From positions 1-62,111 of IMG/VR virus record IMGVR_UViG_3300044681_000510: a stretch of 62,111 nt of DNA; one strand, 5' to 3'. Of this stretch, positions 1 to 9,799 are shown piece after piece. Every line of letters starts with the position of its first letter. Position 1 is the first letter of the stretch. The translations under genes and the position numbers were made by a program. Under the pieces are notes generated by a model. The model saw nothing but the letters and a program-made list of their open reading frames with translations, did no database searches and was not told the origin of the DNA. This DNA comes from a virus. Taxonomy: Duplodnaviria > Caudoviricetes.

Positions 1-1655
1 ACATTTTTTACATTGTTTTGTGTTGCGTTAGAACCTAAAGTTAAACTTTCAAGTCCTGTTGGTGGAATATCTTGCCATACAACTTCACCTGTTGATGTTG
101 AAGTTAATACCTTTCCAGCTTGTCCAGTTCCTACAACTCCGGGAAGATATTTTAAAGTCCCTTCAATATTAATGTTATCTGTTGTACTATTACCTAAAGT
201 AACATCATTATTAAATGTTATTGGGCCAGCTAAACTTTGTTGTGTTGTTTCTGTTGTTGATAAAGCGTTTAAATCAGATGCTACTAAATCAACTGTGTTT
301 CCGGTTTTTCCATTAATTGTTTTTACATAACTTAAAACGCTGTTTGGATCAACAAAAGACATTGTACCACCAGAACCAGCTTGTAACATATAACCAGTTG
401 TTGGGTTTGTGTCGTTTGGTCTAATTTTAAATGTACCGCGAATTTCAACATTATCTTGAATTGCGTCACCTAGATTAACGCTATCTTGAAATGTAACTGC
501 TCCTGTTACAGTACCGCCGGAAGAAGACAAAGCTCCTATTGAATCTGGAGTAATAACTACTTCTCCGGTTGATGTAGAAGCAGTTGAACCACCTAGTTTA
601 ATACTGTTTACAACGCTTTGCCAAGAAGCCGTTCCATTACTATCACTAGAAACTAATGCTTTTCCTGCTGTTGGTGATTGTGTAAATTTTACTGTACCAT
701 CAAATGTTGTAGTTGTGGAACCACCAAATGTTTTATTTCCAGATATAGTTTGATTATTTCCTGTTTGAACAATAGTTGATGGAACGGTTTCCCACGGATC
801 ATTTAATTGCCACTCTACTCCTCCGTTACCATCTCCGTTATATGCAAGAACATATTGAGTACCTTGTTGTTGTTCTGGAACACCATAATTAATTTTTAAT
901 GAATCGCTAAAAATAGCGTGTGTTAGTGTTTTAATACCAGTAATTGCCTGATCTGTATATAAATCAACAGCCCAAGGACTAGTTGTGGTATTGATTTTAT
1001 CATAAGTAATTTGTCCAGTACTAATTTTATCGTTTGTAATTGACAAATTTGCTATTTTTGAAGTAGTAACTGCGGATTCTTGAAGTGCGTTTGTATAAAC
1101 AGTATTGTCTGCGACATCAGCAACAACATCACCGTTTAACAACATCTGATAATAAACTCTATCTAAAACTTCTTGAATTAAGTATATTAGTTGGGTTGTT
1201 TCTAAATTTAATTGATTGCTTGTTAGTTTAGTTCCAGCACTATAAATAACAAGAGGTGTATTGCTAATTGTTTTTCTTCTTATAATTACATCCTCTCCAG
1301 CAACTATTGGAGGTACTTTAATAATATAAGGTGGGTTGGTTGTTACATAATCATATTGATTTACAGCAAGATCGTCAATATCAATAGTTTTGGTGTTTTC
1401 GTTATAAGTAATATAATTAGAAGGAATTAAAAACAGTTTTCTTTTATCTTCAATAGCAACATTTTTATCTTTTAAAAAGTTATTTACAGTTTCTGCCGAG
1501 CCATCACGATCAAATGTAAAAACCCGTTCGATTTCTAGTTGGTGTATATGAGGAATGTTTGGTATTAAACTTATACTTACATATGGAATATTTAATCTAC
1601 TAATAATTTCTGTTGTTTGACTAGTAACGGCTATTGAATTATCATAGGCTGGCAT
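1..1655 (-). CDS. Tail fibre protein, T7 gp17-like N-terminal anchor (partial, runs off window start)
   Basis: Hand-translated from ATG 1655 (RBS AGGAGT at 1661-1666): MPAYDNSIAV...VIIRRKTISNTPLVIYSAGTKLTSNQLN resembles the gp17 N-terminal domain; Thr/Gly/Ser-rich fibre sequence follows; directly after tail tube B; absent from ORF track because it has no stop in the window. Confidence 0.85.
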   Translation of the reverse strand, partial: MPAYDNSIAVTSQTTEIISRLNIPYVSISLIPNIPHIHQLEIERVFTFDRDGSAETVNNFLKDKNVAIEDKRKLFLIPSNYITYNENTKTIDIDDLAVNQYDYVTTNPPYIIKVPPIVAGEDVIIRRKTISNTPLVIYSAGTKLTSNQLNLETTQLIYLIQEVLDRVYYQMLLNGDVVADVADNTVYTNALQESAVTTSKIANLSITNDKISTGQITYDKINTTTSPWAVDLYTDQAITGIKTLTHAIFSDSLKINYGVPEQQQGTQYVLAYNGDGNGGVEWQLNDPWETVPSTIVQTGNNQTISGNKTFGGSTTTTFDGTVKFTQSPTAGKALVSSDSNGTASWQSVVNSIKLGGSTASTSTGEVVITPDSIGALSSSGGTVTGAVTFQDSVNLGDAIQDNVEIRGTFKIRPNDTNPTTGYMLQAGSGGTMSFVDPNSVLSYVKTINGKTGNTVDLVASDLNALSTTETTQQSLAGPITFNNDVTLGNSTTDNINIEGTLKYLPGVVGTGQAGKVLTSTSTGEVVWQDIPPTGLESLTLGSNATQNNVKN

Positions 1656-1667
1656 TTTTAACTCCTG

Positions 1668-4637
1668 TTATTTAATTGGAGATAGTTTTTTAATAAACTT
1701 ACCCTTAAACTCTAAATTAACTATATTTACTGGTGATGGATATTCTGATACAATTTTAATATTTGTAGTATCGGCATTACCTAAAACACGAACATTATAT
1801 CTTCCCTCTTCTTCCCAGTTTTCTAGATTAAGGGGATCTGAATTGTTGTCGGTTATTTGGTTTGTAAAGCTAGATACCACTGGGGTTCGTTCTCTAGTAG
1901 AAACAACAATATCGTAGTTGCCTGTTTGTTTGTGTCTAACCGAAAGAGTTCTTAAGTTTAAAGCACCGTCAATAACATTGTTATTTTCATCTCTTACAAA
2001 TTGAGTAGACAACTCTACTTCCATTTTAAATTTGATGCCTATGTATAGATATCTGTTTAGTGTGTAATCAACAACTCCGTTTGAATTTATTGGTACATAA
2101 GCACCGCTAACTTGAATTTCTAAATAATCATTTGTAATGGTGTATGACAATGGTGTTACTATTTCATATGCACGGTCTTCTGTACTAGTTATCCAAGAAT
2201 CGTCTGTTATTAGCTGTATTTTTTCTATTAAACTAGATGTAATAGAAATAGGAATTCTGATTGTAGTTCTTGATTGATTGAAATCAAAATCAGAATTATT
2301 ATCTGTTAGTTTAATTTTAATTAAATTATCCAATCTTGGTATGTTTGGATTTTCGGCTCTTAGATAAGAGGATTCAATATAATATCTTTTTTTTCTTTGG
2401 TTATTTGGGTTTAAAGTATCCGTTGTAATTGGATCATAGTCACCAGAACCAACTAAATCTGTTGTTGGTTTTTGAACAACGGTGTATAGATAATCATCAT
2501 AAGATTGAATAGATTTAACTTCTTCTGTTGGTTGTAATATATATCTAAAAAACGCATTTTGTAAATTTCTATCTCCAGCAAACCTAGAAGCATTAAAATA
2601 AATATAATTTGGGTTATCGTCATCAACAAAACAAAGTAAATTCTGTGCAGGAGCTACGCAAATACTTCTTAATTTTTCTGGTATATAATCAGCGCAGGTT
2701 ACTGTAAGTTCTTGAGCAACAGCTAAATCACTAGATTCTGAACTTAAATATAAATATAATTTTGCAGAATCAAAGAAGTAGATTAAAGAACCCATTAGTT
2801 GTGGTTCTATAAATTTTGCTGTTGAATAGAATGCTGTTGGTGAAATCTCAGCTGTTAGAGGAGTAATTTGATTTTGAGATCCCTTTAGTTCGTATTGTAC
2901 ACTTCCTAGGGTATTAATAAATAGGTATGTATTAAATGGAGTTAGTGATGAAATTTCTGTAAATGAGTTTGAAGACGCTCTAATATCAATAGGATCTGTT
3001 GATACAATGTTGCTTGGATCGTTTAAGAATAGGTCTTCATAAACACCCAATTGACTTGTAAATACAACATCCTCAGCAGAAAAATATAATCTATCTCTAA
3101 ATGTAGATAATGCTTTTATTTGAACTTGTCTTGGTGCTGTTTTTGTATCATTTAAGAAAACGCTTGGACCGGGATTAGAATAACGATCACCTGCTGTTTT
3201 TGGTTGCCAAGCTATTTTATTAGCTGTCCATTTAAAAGTAGAAGAAAGGGCGTTAAATGTAATTTTTTGGGGCATTCTTCTATCATCAATTACAGAGTAT
3301 AGATCTGGACTTCTAACTTTTTGGGTATATGGTTTTGATGAGGAACTTACAATTCTATAATAACCACTTGTAAAGTTAAGATATGGGGATGATGTGAAAT
3401 AGATTTTACCTGTTCCATTTCCGCCATAAAGAGCTGCTAAAGCATTTTTTGCTGATGTATTTAGGTTAAAAGCAGTAGGAGAATTAGGAAAGACTAAACC
3501 ATTATTTCCTTGAACTTCGGCTTGTTCTGGTGGGAATCTAATTTCACTGAAATCAATCATTGATTGGCCAAACCAAGGTTCGCTGGTGTCGTGCCAAATA
3601 AAGTCTTCAACTTCGGGAGTATAACCAGAAAAGACGCTTACAGAATCTCCTGTTGTAAAAGAAGAGCCGGGATAAATGTAATCAACTACATAAGAAGTTC
3701 CCCCTGATTTCCATCCATCTAATACACACCAATTGTTTACATCCTTAATAACATAAAACTTATTTTGGGCTGATGGGTTTACACTAGAACCTACTGTATG
3801 AGATAATCCGCTAGGGAGTGTTGGAGCCGCACCTAATGTAACTGCTCTATTTACAATAAAAGGACTAGAAAATGCAATTGTAGTAGATGTTGCAGCTGAA
3901 GTATTCAAATACCATTTTGAATCAGACCCCTTTGTATATCTTGCTGCACTATAATAAGTAATTAGTGGTCCTTTGCTATCATTAGTAGTTGATTCACTTC
4001 CATCTAGATTAAAAAGTTTACCATTTGGTCCACTTGTAAAACCAGCTTTTACTAAAGTATTTAAAATAATAATACTTGAGCCAACCGTGGTAGCCTTTAA
4101 AACATCTTTAGCTTTGTTAGAAGAACTACCATAAGTAATGTAGTTTCTGGTATCATCACTAATAATTGATGTATTTTGTTCTGTATTGGTTTGGTCAGAG
4201 TATTCTGTTTGGTCTGTCCAAGTACCATCTGTGTTTAATTTAAAAATTCTAAGAATAACAGAGTTTGCTGCGGTTGCTTTATAGTCTATTACAACAAGAA
4301 ATCTATTTTCATCGTTAATGTTAAACCAATAAAACCAATAATCTTTTTCAACCGAGTAGTCGTGTTCAAGTTGATATAAATCCAATCTTTGTGCGTTTGG
4401 TACTGGAGGAGAATTACTATAATTAATATCTCCAGTAAATGTATTTTGAGGAAGAATTTTAAACCCAGATCTTTTTTCAAAAGACCTTTCCAAAGATACA
4501 AGGGCGTTGTCCATGTTTTGTGCTTCAGATGGTAATCGTTTTGGTTGGGGTTGTCTACTAACGCCACCACTTAAAGTAAAAACTGGAATCTTAGTAGATA
4601 CGGACGGGCCTCTTGTATTTGGGAATCTTTTAGCCAT
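1668..4637 (-). CDS. Tail tubular protein B / nozzle (T7 gp12-like)
   Basis: GGVSRQP N-terminal motif, KRSG, FRDRLYF, DPIDI, QYEL; about 990 aa; follows tube A; start refined by GAGGAG RBS at 4645-4650. Confidence 0.9.
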   Translation of the reverse strand: MAKRFPNTRGPSVSTKIPVFTLSGGVSRQPQPKRLPSEAQNMDNALVSLERSFEKRSGFKILPQNTFTGDINYSNSPPVPNAQRLDLYQLEHDYSVEKDYWFYWFNINDENRFLVVIDYKATAANSVILRIFKLNTDGTWTDQTEYSDQTNTEQNTSIISDDTRNYITYGSSSNKAKDVLKATTVGSSIIILNTLVKAGFTSGPNGKLFNLDGSESTTNDSKGPLITYYSAARYTKGSDSKWYLNTSAATSTTIAFSSPFIVNRAVTLGAAPTLPSGLSHTVGSSVNPSAQNKFYVIKDVNNWCVLDGWKSGGTSYVVDYIYPGSSFTTGDSVSVFSGYTPEVEDFIWHDTSEPWFGQSMIDFSEIRFPPEQAEVQGNNGLVFPNSPTAFNLNTSAKNALAALYGGNGTGKIYFTSSPYLNFTSGYYRIVSSSSKPYTQKVRSPDLYSVIDDRRMPQKITFNALSSTFKWTANKIAWQPKTAGDRYSNPGPSVFLNDTKTAPRQVQIKALSTFRDRLYFSAEDVVFTSQLGVYEDLFLNDPSNIVSTDPIDIRASSNSFTEISSLTPFNTYLFINTLGSVQYELKGSQNQITPLTAEISPTAFYSTAKFIEPQLMGSLIYFFDSAKLYLYLSSESSDLAVAQELTVTCADYIPEKLRSICVAPAQNLLCFVDDDNPNYIYFNASRFAGDRNLQNAFFRYILQPTEEVKSIQSYDDYLYTVVQKPTTDLVGSGDYDPITTDTLNPNNQRKKRYYIESSYLRAENPNIPRLDNLIKIKLTDNNSDFDFNQSRTTIRIPISITSSLIEKIQLITDDSWITSTEDRAYEIVTPLSYTITNDYLEIQVSGAYVPINSNGVVDYTLNRYLYIGIKFKMEVELSTQFVRDENNNVIDGALNLRTLSVRHKQTGNYDIVVSTRERTPVVSSFTNQITDNNSDPLNLENWEEEGRYNVRVLGNADTTNIKIVSEYPSPVNIVNLEFKGKFIKKLSPIK

Positions 4638-4639
4638 TA

Positions 4640-5323
4640 TTATACTCCTCGCCAATAGCGATATCTATTTGGATCATAAGAATAGGGATTTCTAAACGCA
4701 GCTCCACGAACATTTGCATCCCCGGTTCTAAATATATTTCGTTTTTTATCATTAATATCAGCAGCTTTTCCCTTAAAGTTAAATATTTCTTCTTGATAAG
4801 CTAAGAATTGATCTGCTGCGGGATCTCCTTGAGTTAGGATTTGATAATGTCTTGCACTGGTTGTTAAAATTGCTTTTTGAGCTGGAGTATCAAGATGATC
4901 CCATTTAAGTTTTTTAATTACCTCAACATAGTAATCATTTGGCTCCCAAACATCAGTTTCATCTGTAAAATTATATAAAAAAATCGAGTTGGGTGTTCCT
5001 GTTCCATCGTTGTAAACTTTAGCAATAATTGGCTCGTTGTTTGAGTTAAAATGTAATGACATTAAATCAGCAGAAATAATACCCTCTTCATCCGCATCTG
5101 ATCCCACTTGAAAATATATTTTACCGTTTAAATCAGGGTTTAATTTTCTTATTATTTTATTATTAGCAAGACCTCTTAACTGAAAGTCTAAGCTAGCTTG
5201 TTCTAATATTGTTTCTGCAACGCTAGTATCAATACCAGAGTTACCTAATAGGTCGGCTACTGGAGACTCACCAGCAGCCAATAACATTTGATTAATTGCT
5301 TGTAGCTTGGTTATAAAGCCCAT
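4640..5323 (-). CDS. Tail tubular protein A / adaptor (T7 gp11-like)
   Basis: TKLQAINQMLLAAGESPV N-terminal motif; immediately after capsid gene. Confidence 0.9.
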   Translation of the reverse strand: MGFITKLQAINQMLLAAGESPVADLLGNSGIDTSVAETILEQASLDFQLRGLANNKIIRKLNPDLNGKIYFQVGSDADEEGIISADLMSLHFNSNNEPIIAKVYNDGTGTPNSIFLYNFTDETDVWEPNDYYVEVIKKLKWDHLDTPAQKAILTTSARHYQILTQGDPAADQFLAYQEEIFNFKGKAADINDKKRNIFRTGDANVRGAAFRNPYSYDPNRYRYWRGV

Positions 5324-5336
5324 ATAGCCTCCTTAG

Positions 5337-5375
5337 AAAAAAACCACCCGACTCCCACTTAAGGGAGCCGGGGGT
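5337..5375 (-). terminator. Intrinsic terminator after capsid gene (T-phi-like)
   Basis: ACCCCCGGCTCCC-TTAAGT-GGGAGTCGGGTGGT stem followed by a T run on the minus strand. Confidence 0.85.
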
Positions 5376-5445
5376 AGATATTAGATCACCTCCTGTCAAT
5401 CTTGTTTAACTAAATAAACGATATTAACAGTAAGATTAATCATTA

Positions 5446-6621
5446 TCAGGCAACTGCGTACTCGGTTTCCCAAGCATTGTAGTTAGCACCTAGAGCTGCA
5501 TCTAGTTCAACTCTTGTTGGTGCATCATCGGTGAATACACCATTGGTGTAACCAACTAGAGCCTGACATAGTTCTGGACGAAGAATACCAGTACCCTTCA
5601 TCATGCTAGCTACGGTAAACTGAGTATTTCGACGGACATCCTGTACGGTGTCAACCTTCATACCCATTAGTGATAGACCAGCAACTGCTTCTGGCTGGAA
5701 GATCATACCGTGTAGCTTAATTGTGCTTGCATTGATATTATACTTGCTGCTACCAATGTTAGCAGAAGAATAATCAGTTGTTGGCAAGTGATTGCTCTTG
5801 ATAATACGGCAACCCATATATTCAAGAGTATCATTTAGGCTATTCATACCCATAGCTAGAGGACCACCAAGTCTACCAGCTTCTTCGCCACCACCAAATA
5901 GTGGATACTTGACGAATGCGTTGGTTTCTCCTGTTGTTCTGGTAATACCAAGACTACGAATAGTCTGGAATACCTTTGGAGTGACTACGCAATAAACACT
6001 ATTAGTTGGGTAATCATTTTCTTGCATGAATACAAAGTACTCTTCAATAGCCTTAAGAATCTTAAGCGCAGCGTCTTCAGTTACATTAGAAGCAGCAGCT
6101 GCTGAAACTTCTACTGGAGGTGGAAAATTAAGTGCGCCGCGAGGATCGTTGGAGAGTGGATCTACTGCACAAGCAGCTAGAATAGATACTGCAATTTGAC
6201 GATCTCTGTTATTAGCGAGGGTTTGACCAGCCTGACGAGCTAGTTCGCTACGGTAATCCCATTGGGTTACTAGAGCGTCTACATTGTCAGTTTCAAAGTG
6301 AGCAGCCATTGGTCGCTTATCAAGATTTACCTTGAAGCTAGTACTGGTTGAGCTACCGCCACCAAGTTCGTCACCCGCATCCCATGCTGGCATAAGAGCA
6401 ATAGTTCCGGTAACTGGGAATTCCCATGAGAATCCACCAGTTAAGCTTTTAGTAGTAATTAGGTTTTCAAAAACATTGTACTGATCGTAAGCATGAATTA
6501 CTTCACCAGACCAAAGAGGTAGCCAAAGCTTGTTTGGATTAGAACCTGCGGGTGCATCGCCTGCTCCGGTACGAACGAGTGCAAAATCTGCTGCTGCAAT
6601 ATTATCACCTGTAAATGCCAT
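5446..6621 (-). CDS. Major capsid protein (T7 gp10-like)
   Basis: LWLPLWSGEV, WEFPVTG, DYRSELARQAGQTLA, YMGCRIIKSNHLP, GTGILRPE; between scaffold and tube A. Confidence 0.93.
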   Translation of the reverse strand: MAFTGDNIAAADFALVRTGAGDAPAGSNPNKLWLPLWSGEVIHAYDQYNVFENLITTKSLTGGFSWEFPVTGTIALMPAWDAGDELGGGSSTSTSFKVNLDKRPMAAHFETDNVDALVTQWDYRSELARQAGQTLANNRDRQIAVSILAACAVDPLSNDPRGALNFPPPVEVSAAAASNVTEDAALKILKAIEEYFVFMQENDYPTNSVYCVVTPKVFQTIRSLGITRTTGETNAFVKYPLFGGGEEAGRLGGPLAMGMNSLNDTLEYMGCRIIKSNHLPTTDYSSANIGSSKYNINASTIKLHGMIFQPEAVAGLSLMGMKVDTVQDVRRNTQFTVASMMKGTGILRPELCQALVGYTNGVFTDDAPTRVELDAALGANYNAWETEYAVA

Positions 6622-6789
6622 AATTATATACTCCTATTAGTTTAAGTTTAATTAGTAAAAAAGTAAAACAATATAGTGACAAATCTTAAACTAACATTAT
6701 TAGATTTTTCCTAATGGAGTCTACTTAATGTTTGCTTTGTTATTTAGCCATCCATTACCATAATGGGGGATTTGCATCAATAACTTAGC

Positions 6790-7761
6790 TTAGTTTGGAA
6801 GACGGGTTATATCCGTCATCATTACACGCTGTTCTACTGCCTGACGGAATTTAGGATCACTATTGTATCTTGGGTTCCCTCTATCGGCATAGAACTCACG
6901 CTTTGTCTTATAGGGCTGTAGAGGAGCCTTAGTAGAGGCCACATTGACCTGCTGTTTACCCTTAGGCATCTCTTTACCCTTGGCTGAACCTGCTGTAGCT
7001 TTATCATATTTAGCTTGCAGACCAAGTAATGCAACTTCCCAACTTGGGCTAGCTAGTGTTGCATTAATTTCTGCTTGCTGTGCAGGAGTCATTGTCTTTG
7101 CCGCCCAAGCAAAGATAGATGTCAACTGCTCCTTACTACCTACAATTTCAGCAGCCTTACCAAAGGCTTCACGGGACCGTGCTCTCTGTCCCTCGACATA
7201 ATCTGTAATCATACGATCAGAAAAACCAGTCTTAGTTTTAATTTCTGAAATGGTTTCTTCTGATAGTTTGTTGCTAATAGCAACTTCCATAGACCATTTA
7301 GACCAATCTTCATCTGAGATTGTTGATTTAACTGGTTCTGGTGTCTTAGCTTCTTCCTTTTTAATTTCAGGAATTCTAAGTTCTTCTGGAATATTTACCT
7401 TTGGTTGCTCAACTACTGGTTCTTCAGATTCAACATTAGGTTCTTCATATGCTGGATTTATAGAACCATCCTTTTCATATGTTTTCTTTAATGTTGCAAT
7501 TTCCTGACGAGCCTTAGTATATTCCTTTTGAGCATTCTTTAGAGAGTCAAAATAAGCACCCGCATCTTTAAAGTTTTTTGGAATTTCAATTCCTTGGTTT
7601 TGAACATAGATTTCAAATGCTTTTCTCTCTCTAGCATTAACCATATCTTCTTGACTAGAGACTGGAGATTGTTCAGCTTGTTTAATTTGGATATCAGCCT
7701 CGCTTGTAGCGGCTGGTTGTTGATATTCAAATTGCTGAGTCTCGTTGGTTTCTTCTGTCAT
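6790..7761 (-). CDS. Capsid scaffolding protein (T7 gp9-like)
   Basis: Acidic; IPKNFKD, WAAKTM, C-terminal NPRYNSDPKFRQAVE; upstream of capsid; RBS AGGAG. Confidence 0.88.
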   Translation of the reverse strand: MTEETNETQQFEYQQPAATSEADIQIKQAEQSPVSSQEDMVNARERKAFEIYVQNQGIEIPKNFKDAGAYFDSLKNAQKEYTKARQEIATLKKTYEKDGSINPAYEEPNVESEEPVVEQPKVNIPEELRIPEIKKEEAKTPEPVKSTISDEDWSKWSMEVAISNKLSEETISEIKTKTGFSDRMITDYVEGQRARSREAFGKAAEIVGSKEQLTSIFAWAAKTMTPAQQAEINATLASPSWEVALLGLQAKYDKATAGSAKGKEMPKGKQQVNVASTKAPLQPYKTKREFYADRGNPRYNSDPKFRQAVEQRVMMTDITRLPN

Positions 7762-7770
7762 ACACACTCC

Positions 7771-8010
7771 TTAGTTATTGTCTTTACGACGATTTGTGCG
7801 TCGGGATACTACTCTAAGATTTTTTAGATTATTAGTACCGCCTTTAGATAACGCTCTTCTGTGATCGACATCTTTGCCATCACCCTTACGAACACGGCCT
7901 AGTTTTTCTAGCTTTCGTCTAGCAAGAACTCTTTGAGATCTACGCTTACGATAAGCAGCAGTACCGTGATATTTAGCATATTCTTTTTTATAGTTTCTTT
8001 TAGTTTTCAT
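7771..8010 (-). CDS. Small basic HNH-like protein
   Basis: KGDGKDVDHRRALSKGGTNNLKNLRVVSRRTNR contains an HNH-type pattern; highly basic. Confidence 0.7.
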   Translation of the reverse strand: MKTKRNYKKEYAKYHGTAAYRKRRSQRVLARRKLEKLGRVRKGDGKDVDHRRALSKGGTNNLKNLRVVSRRTNRRKDNN

Positions 8011-8011
8011 A

Positions 8012-8572
8012 TTAGACTACCGCATTTGGACCTTGTGGTAAACTATTGGTTGTAAGTATATTTTTATTATCTGATGTTGATGTAAAAAATCTTTTCCATA
8101 ATGTAATATTAGATGGTGCTGCAATATAGTTTGTATTTGCTGCTGATGGAGAGGGGTCAATTCTTTTAATACATTTAATATCAATTGGTATTAATTCTGA
8201 CACAGGAACCCTAATCTCAACTTTATATTCTGTTGGGTCTACCAGTTCTAATAAACTTTCTGTTGATTGTTGTATAACATTAAAAACAGTACCCGCACCA
8301 TACCCTGTATCGTATACAATATAACAACCAACTACATTTGCGGGTAGTTGTGTATTGCTTTCTGGAGAAGCACTAAATGAAATATAATCTATATCTAATT
8401 TTTTTACATAATCAGGAATAACTAAACCAGTAGTTGGTAGTGTATTTGTTCCAGCTACATTTCCTCTAATACCACCCGGATATGAACTACCATCATTATA
8501 TGGTAATAAGTTACAAACTGGTATTACATATTGTTGTTGATTTTGAACTAATGCTTGAAAATAATTTGACAT
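8012..8572 (-). CDS. Hypothetical protein, paralogue of 8583..9203
   Basis: Shares PVCNL, KL.IDYISFS, PIDIK.I, NIT.WK.F with its neighbour; start refined by AAAGGA RBS. Confidence 0.75.
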   Translation of the reverse strand: MSNYFQALVQNQQQYVIPVCNLLPYNDGSSYPGGIRGNVAGTNTLPTTGLVIPDYVKKLDIDYISFSASPESNTQLPANVVGCYIVYDTGYGAGTVFNVIQQSTESLLELVDPTEYKVEIRVPVSELIPIDIKCIKRIDPSPSAANTNYIAAPSNITLWKRFFTSTSDNKNILTTNSLPQGPNAVV

Positions 8573-8582
8573 TTTAAATCCT

Positions 8583-9203
8583 TTATGGGGCTGGTAATTG
8601 AGCGGGGTTAACACCACCGGGTAGTTTTCCGTCTATCAAAAATGAGTCTTTATTTTTTATATCAGATTTATAAAACTTTTTCCAAAAAGTTATGTTAAAT
8701 GGAACAGCTTTATTAATTCTATCAACAGAACTAGATTGAACAGTTGTTGTTACAAAAACATCTACCAATTGATCAATGGTTTTAATATCTATTGGGTATC
8801 TTTTACCGTTAACAACTCTTGTTTGAACAGTGTATTTGAAGTAACTAGTTGTTAAATTTGGGTAGATATTAAAATTACTGTTTGTTGGGTGGTTATATAT
8901 TAAATTTATCATTAATTCTTTTGAGTAATCATAATCAAGAGTTTGGTGACTTAGTGAATTTCCTGAAAAAGAAATATAATCAATTTCTAATTTTCTTACA
9001 ATACTTGCAAAAGAAATTGTTTTAACATTCTTATAAAGTGAGTTTTCTGTATTAGCCTGAGTTGTCCCTCTCGGTCTAAATCCTGTTGGAGCAATATCAA
9101 TACCAAAAATATCTTCCAACTCATTATCTGTAATATCAAGATTGCAAACAGGTAAAATAAAGTATTTTTCATCTTCAACAAAACCTTTAAAAACATTACT
9201 CAT
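8583..9203 (-). CDS. Hypothetical protein, paralogue of 8012..8572
   Basis: 206 aa with AAGGA RBS; motifs shared with the downstream gene. Confidence 0.75.
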   Translation of the reverse strand: MSNVFKGFVEDEKYFILPVCNLDITDNELEDIFGIDIAPTGFRPRGTTQANTENSLYKNVKTISFASIVRKLEIDYISFSGNSLSHQTLDYDYSKELMINLIYNHPTNSNFNIYPNLTTSYFKYTVQTRVVNGKRYPIDIKTIDQLVDVFVTTTVQSSSVDRINKAVPFNITFWKKFYKSDIKNKDSFLIDGKLPGGVNPAQLPAP

Positions 9204-9258
9204 ATTTTACCATCCTTTAGTTTTTTTAGTAATTCACCATATTGCATTCTAATTTTTT

Positions 9259-9375
9259 TTAACGCTTTGATGAATTCTTCATCTTTGATGAAGCTTTCAT
9301 ATTTTTCTTTGATTCTGCGTTCTTCCCCGTCATCCTTGTTGTTGTTCCGCATGCGCATTTAAATTTAGTCTTCAT
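9259..9375 (-). CDS. Small basic protein (38 aa, CAC motif)
   Basis: Hand-translated MKTKFKCACGTTTRMTGKNAESKKNMKASSKMKNSSKR; ATGA overlap with upstream stop. Confidence 0.55.
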   Translation of the reverse strand: MKTKFKCACGTTTRMTGKNAESKKNMKASSKMKNSSKR

Positions 9376-9503
9376 TTCTTTTTTCTTTTTTTAGCGTACT
9401 TTGGTAATTTTTTAATTGATTTAGTTTTACTAGCCCATTTCTTAGCCATCTTAGGGTGTCTAGCAAACATAAATTTAGCTTGTTGTTTTGATTTAAACGG
9501 CAT
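9372..9503 (-). CDS. Small basic protein (43 aa)
   Basis: Hand-translated MPFKSKQQAKFMFARHPKMAKKWASKT...; TAATG coupling to upstream gene; pattern common in aquatic phages. Confidence 0.7.
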   Translation of the reverse strand: MPFKSKQQAKFMFARHPKMAKKWASKTKSIKKLPKYAKKRKKK

Positions 9504-9799
9504 TATTTTTTACACTTTCTACCCTTTGGGCAGCTGGCTTTAGAACCACTAGGACCAGCCCATAGATTCTTACAAGCCCAATATTTTGCTGTTAGTTTAT
9601 TGGTTGCACTAGAACATTTGTGTCTAGCTTTAAAAGATTTTCTAGCCGCTGGAGAATAATTATGACCATAACCAGTTGCTCCAAAATGAATAATCTTTTC
9701 TTTACCGTTTGCACAAGCTTTTACAACACGCTTTTTACCTGCTTTTGGAGATTTGCGTGGTTTATTACATGGCATTGATTTTTTATCTAATTTTTTCAT
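9503..9799 (-). CDS. Basic hypothetical protein
   Basis: KIIHFGATGY...ARKSFKARHKC...LTAKYWACKNLW; coupled to portal stop. Confidence 0.75.
   Translation of the reverse strand: MKKLDKKSMPCNKPRKSPKAGKKRVVKACANGKEKIIHFGATGYGHNYSPAARKSFKARHKCSSATNKLTAKYWACKNLWAGPSGSKASCPKGRKCKK

Noticed and set aside
5394-5399. TTGACA hexamers here and at 61941-61946
   Set aside because: No acceptable -10 element at 16-18 nt spacing.
6693-6732. Hairpin upstream of the capsid gene
   Set aside because: Its G.T pairs occur on the plus strand and become A.C mismatches in the mRNA; AT-rich, so possibly chance.
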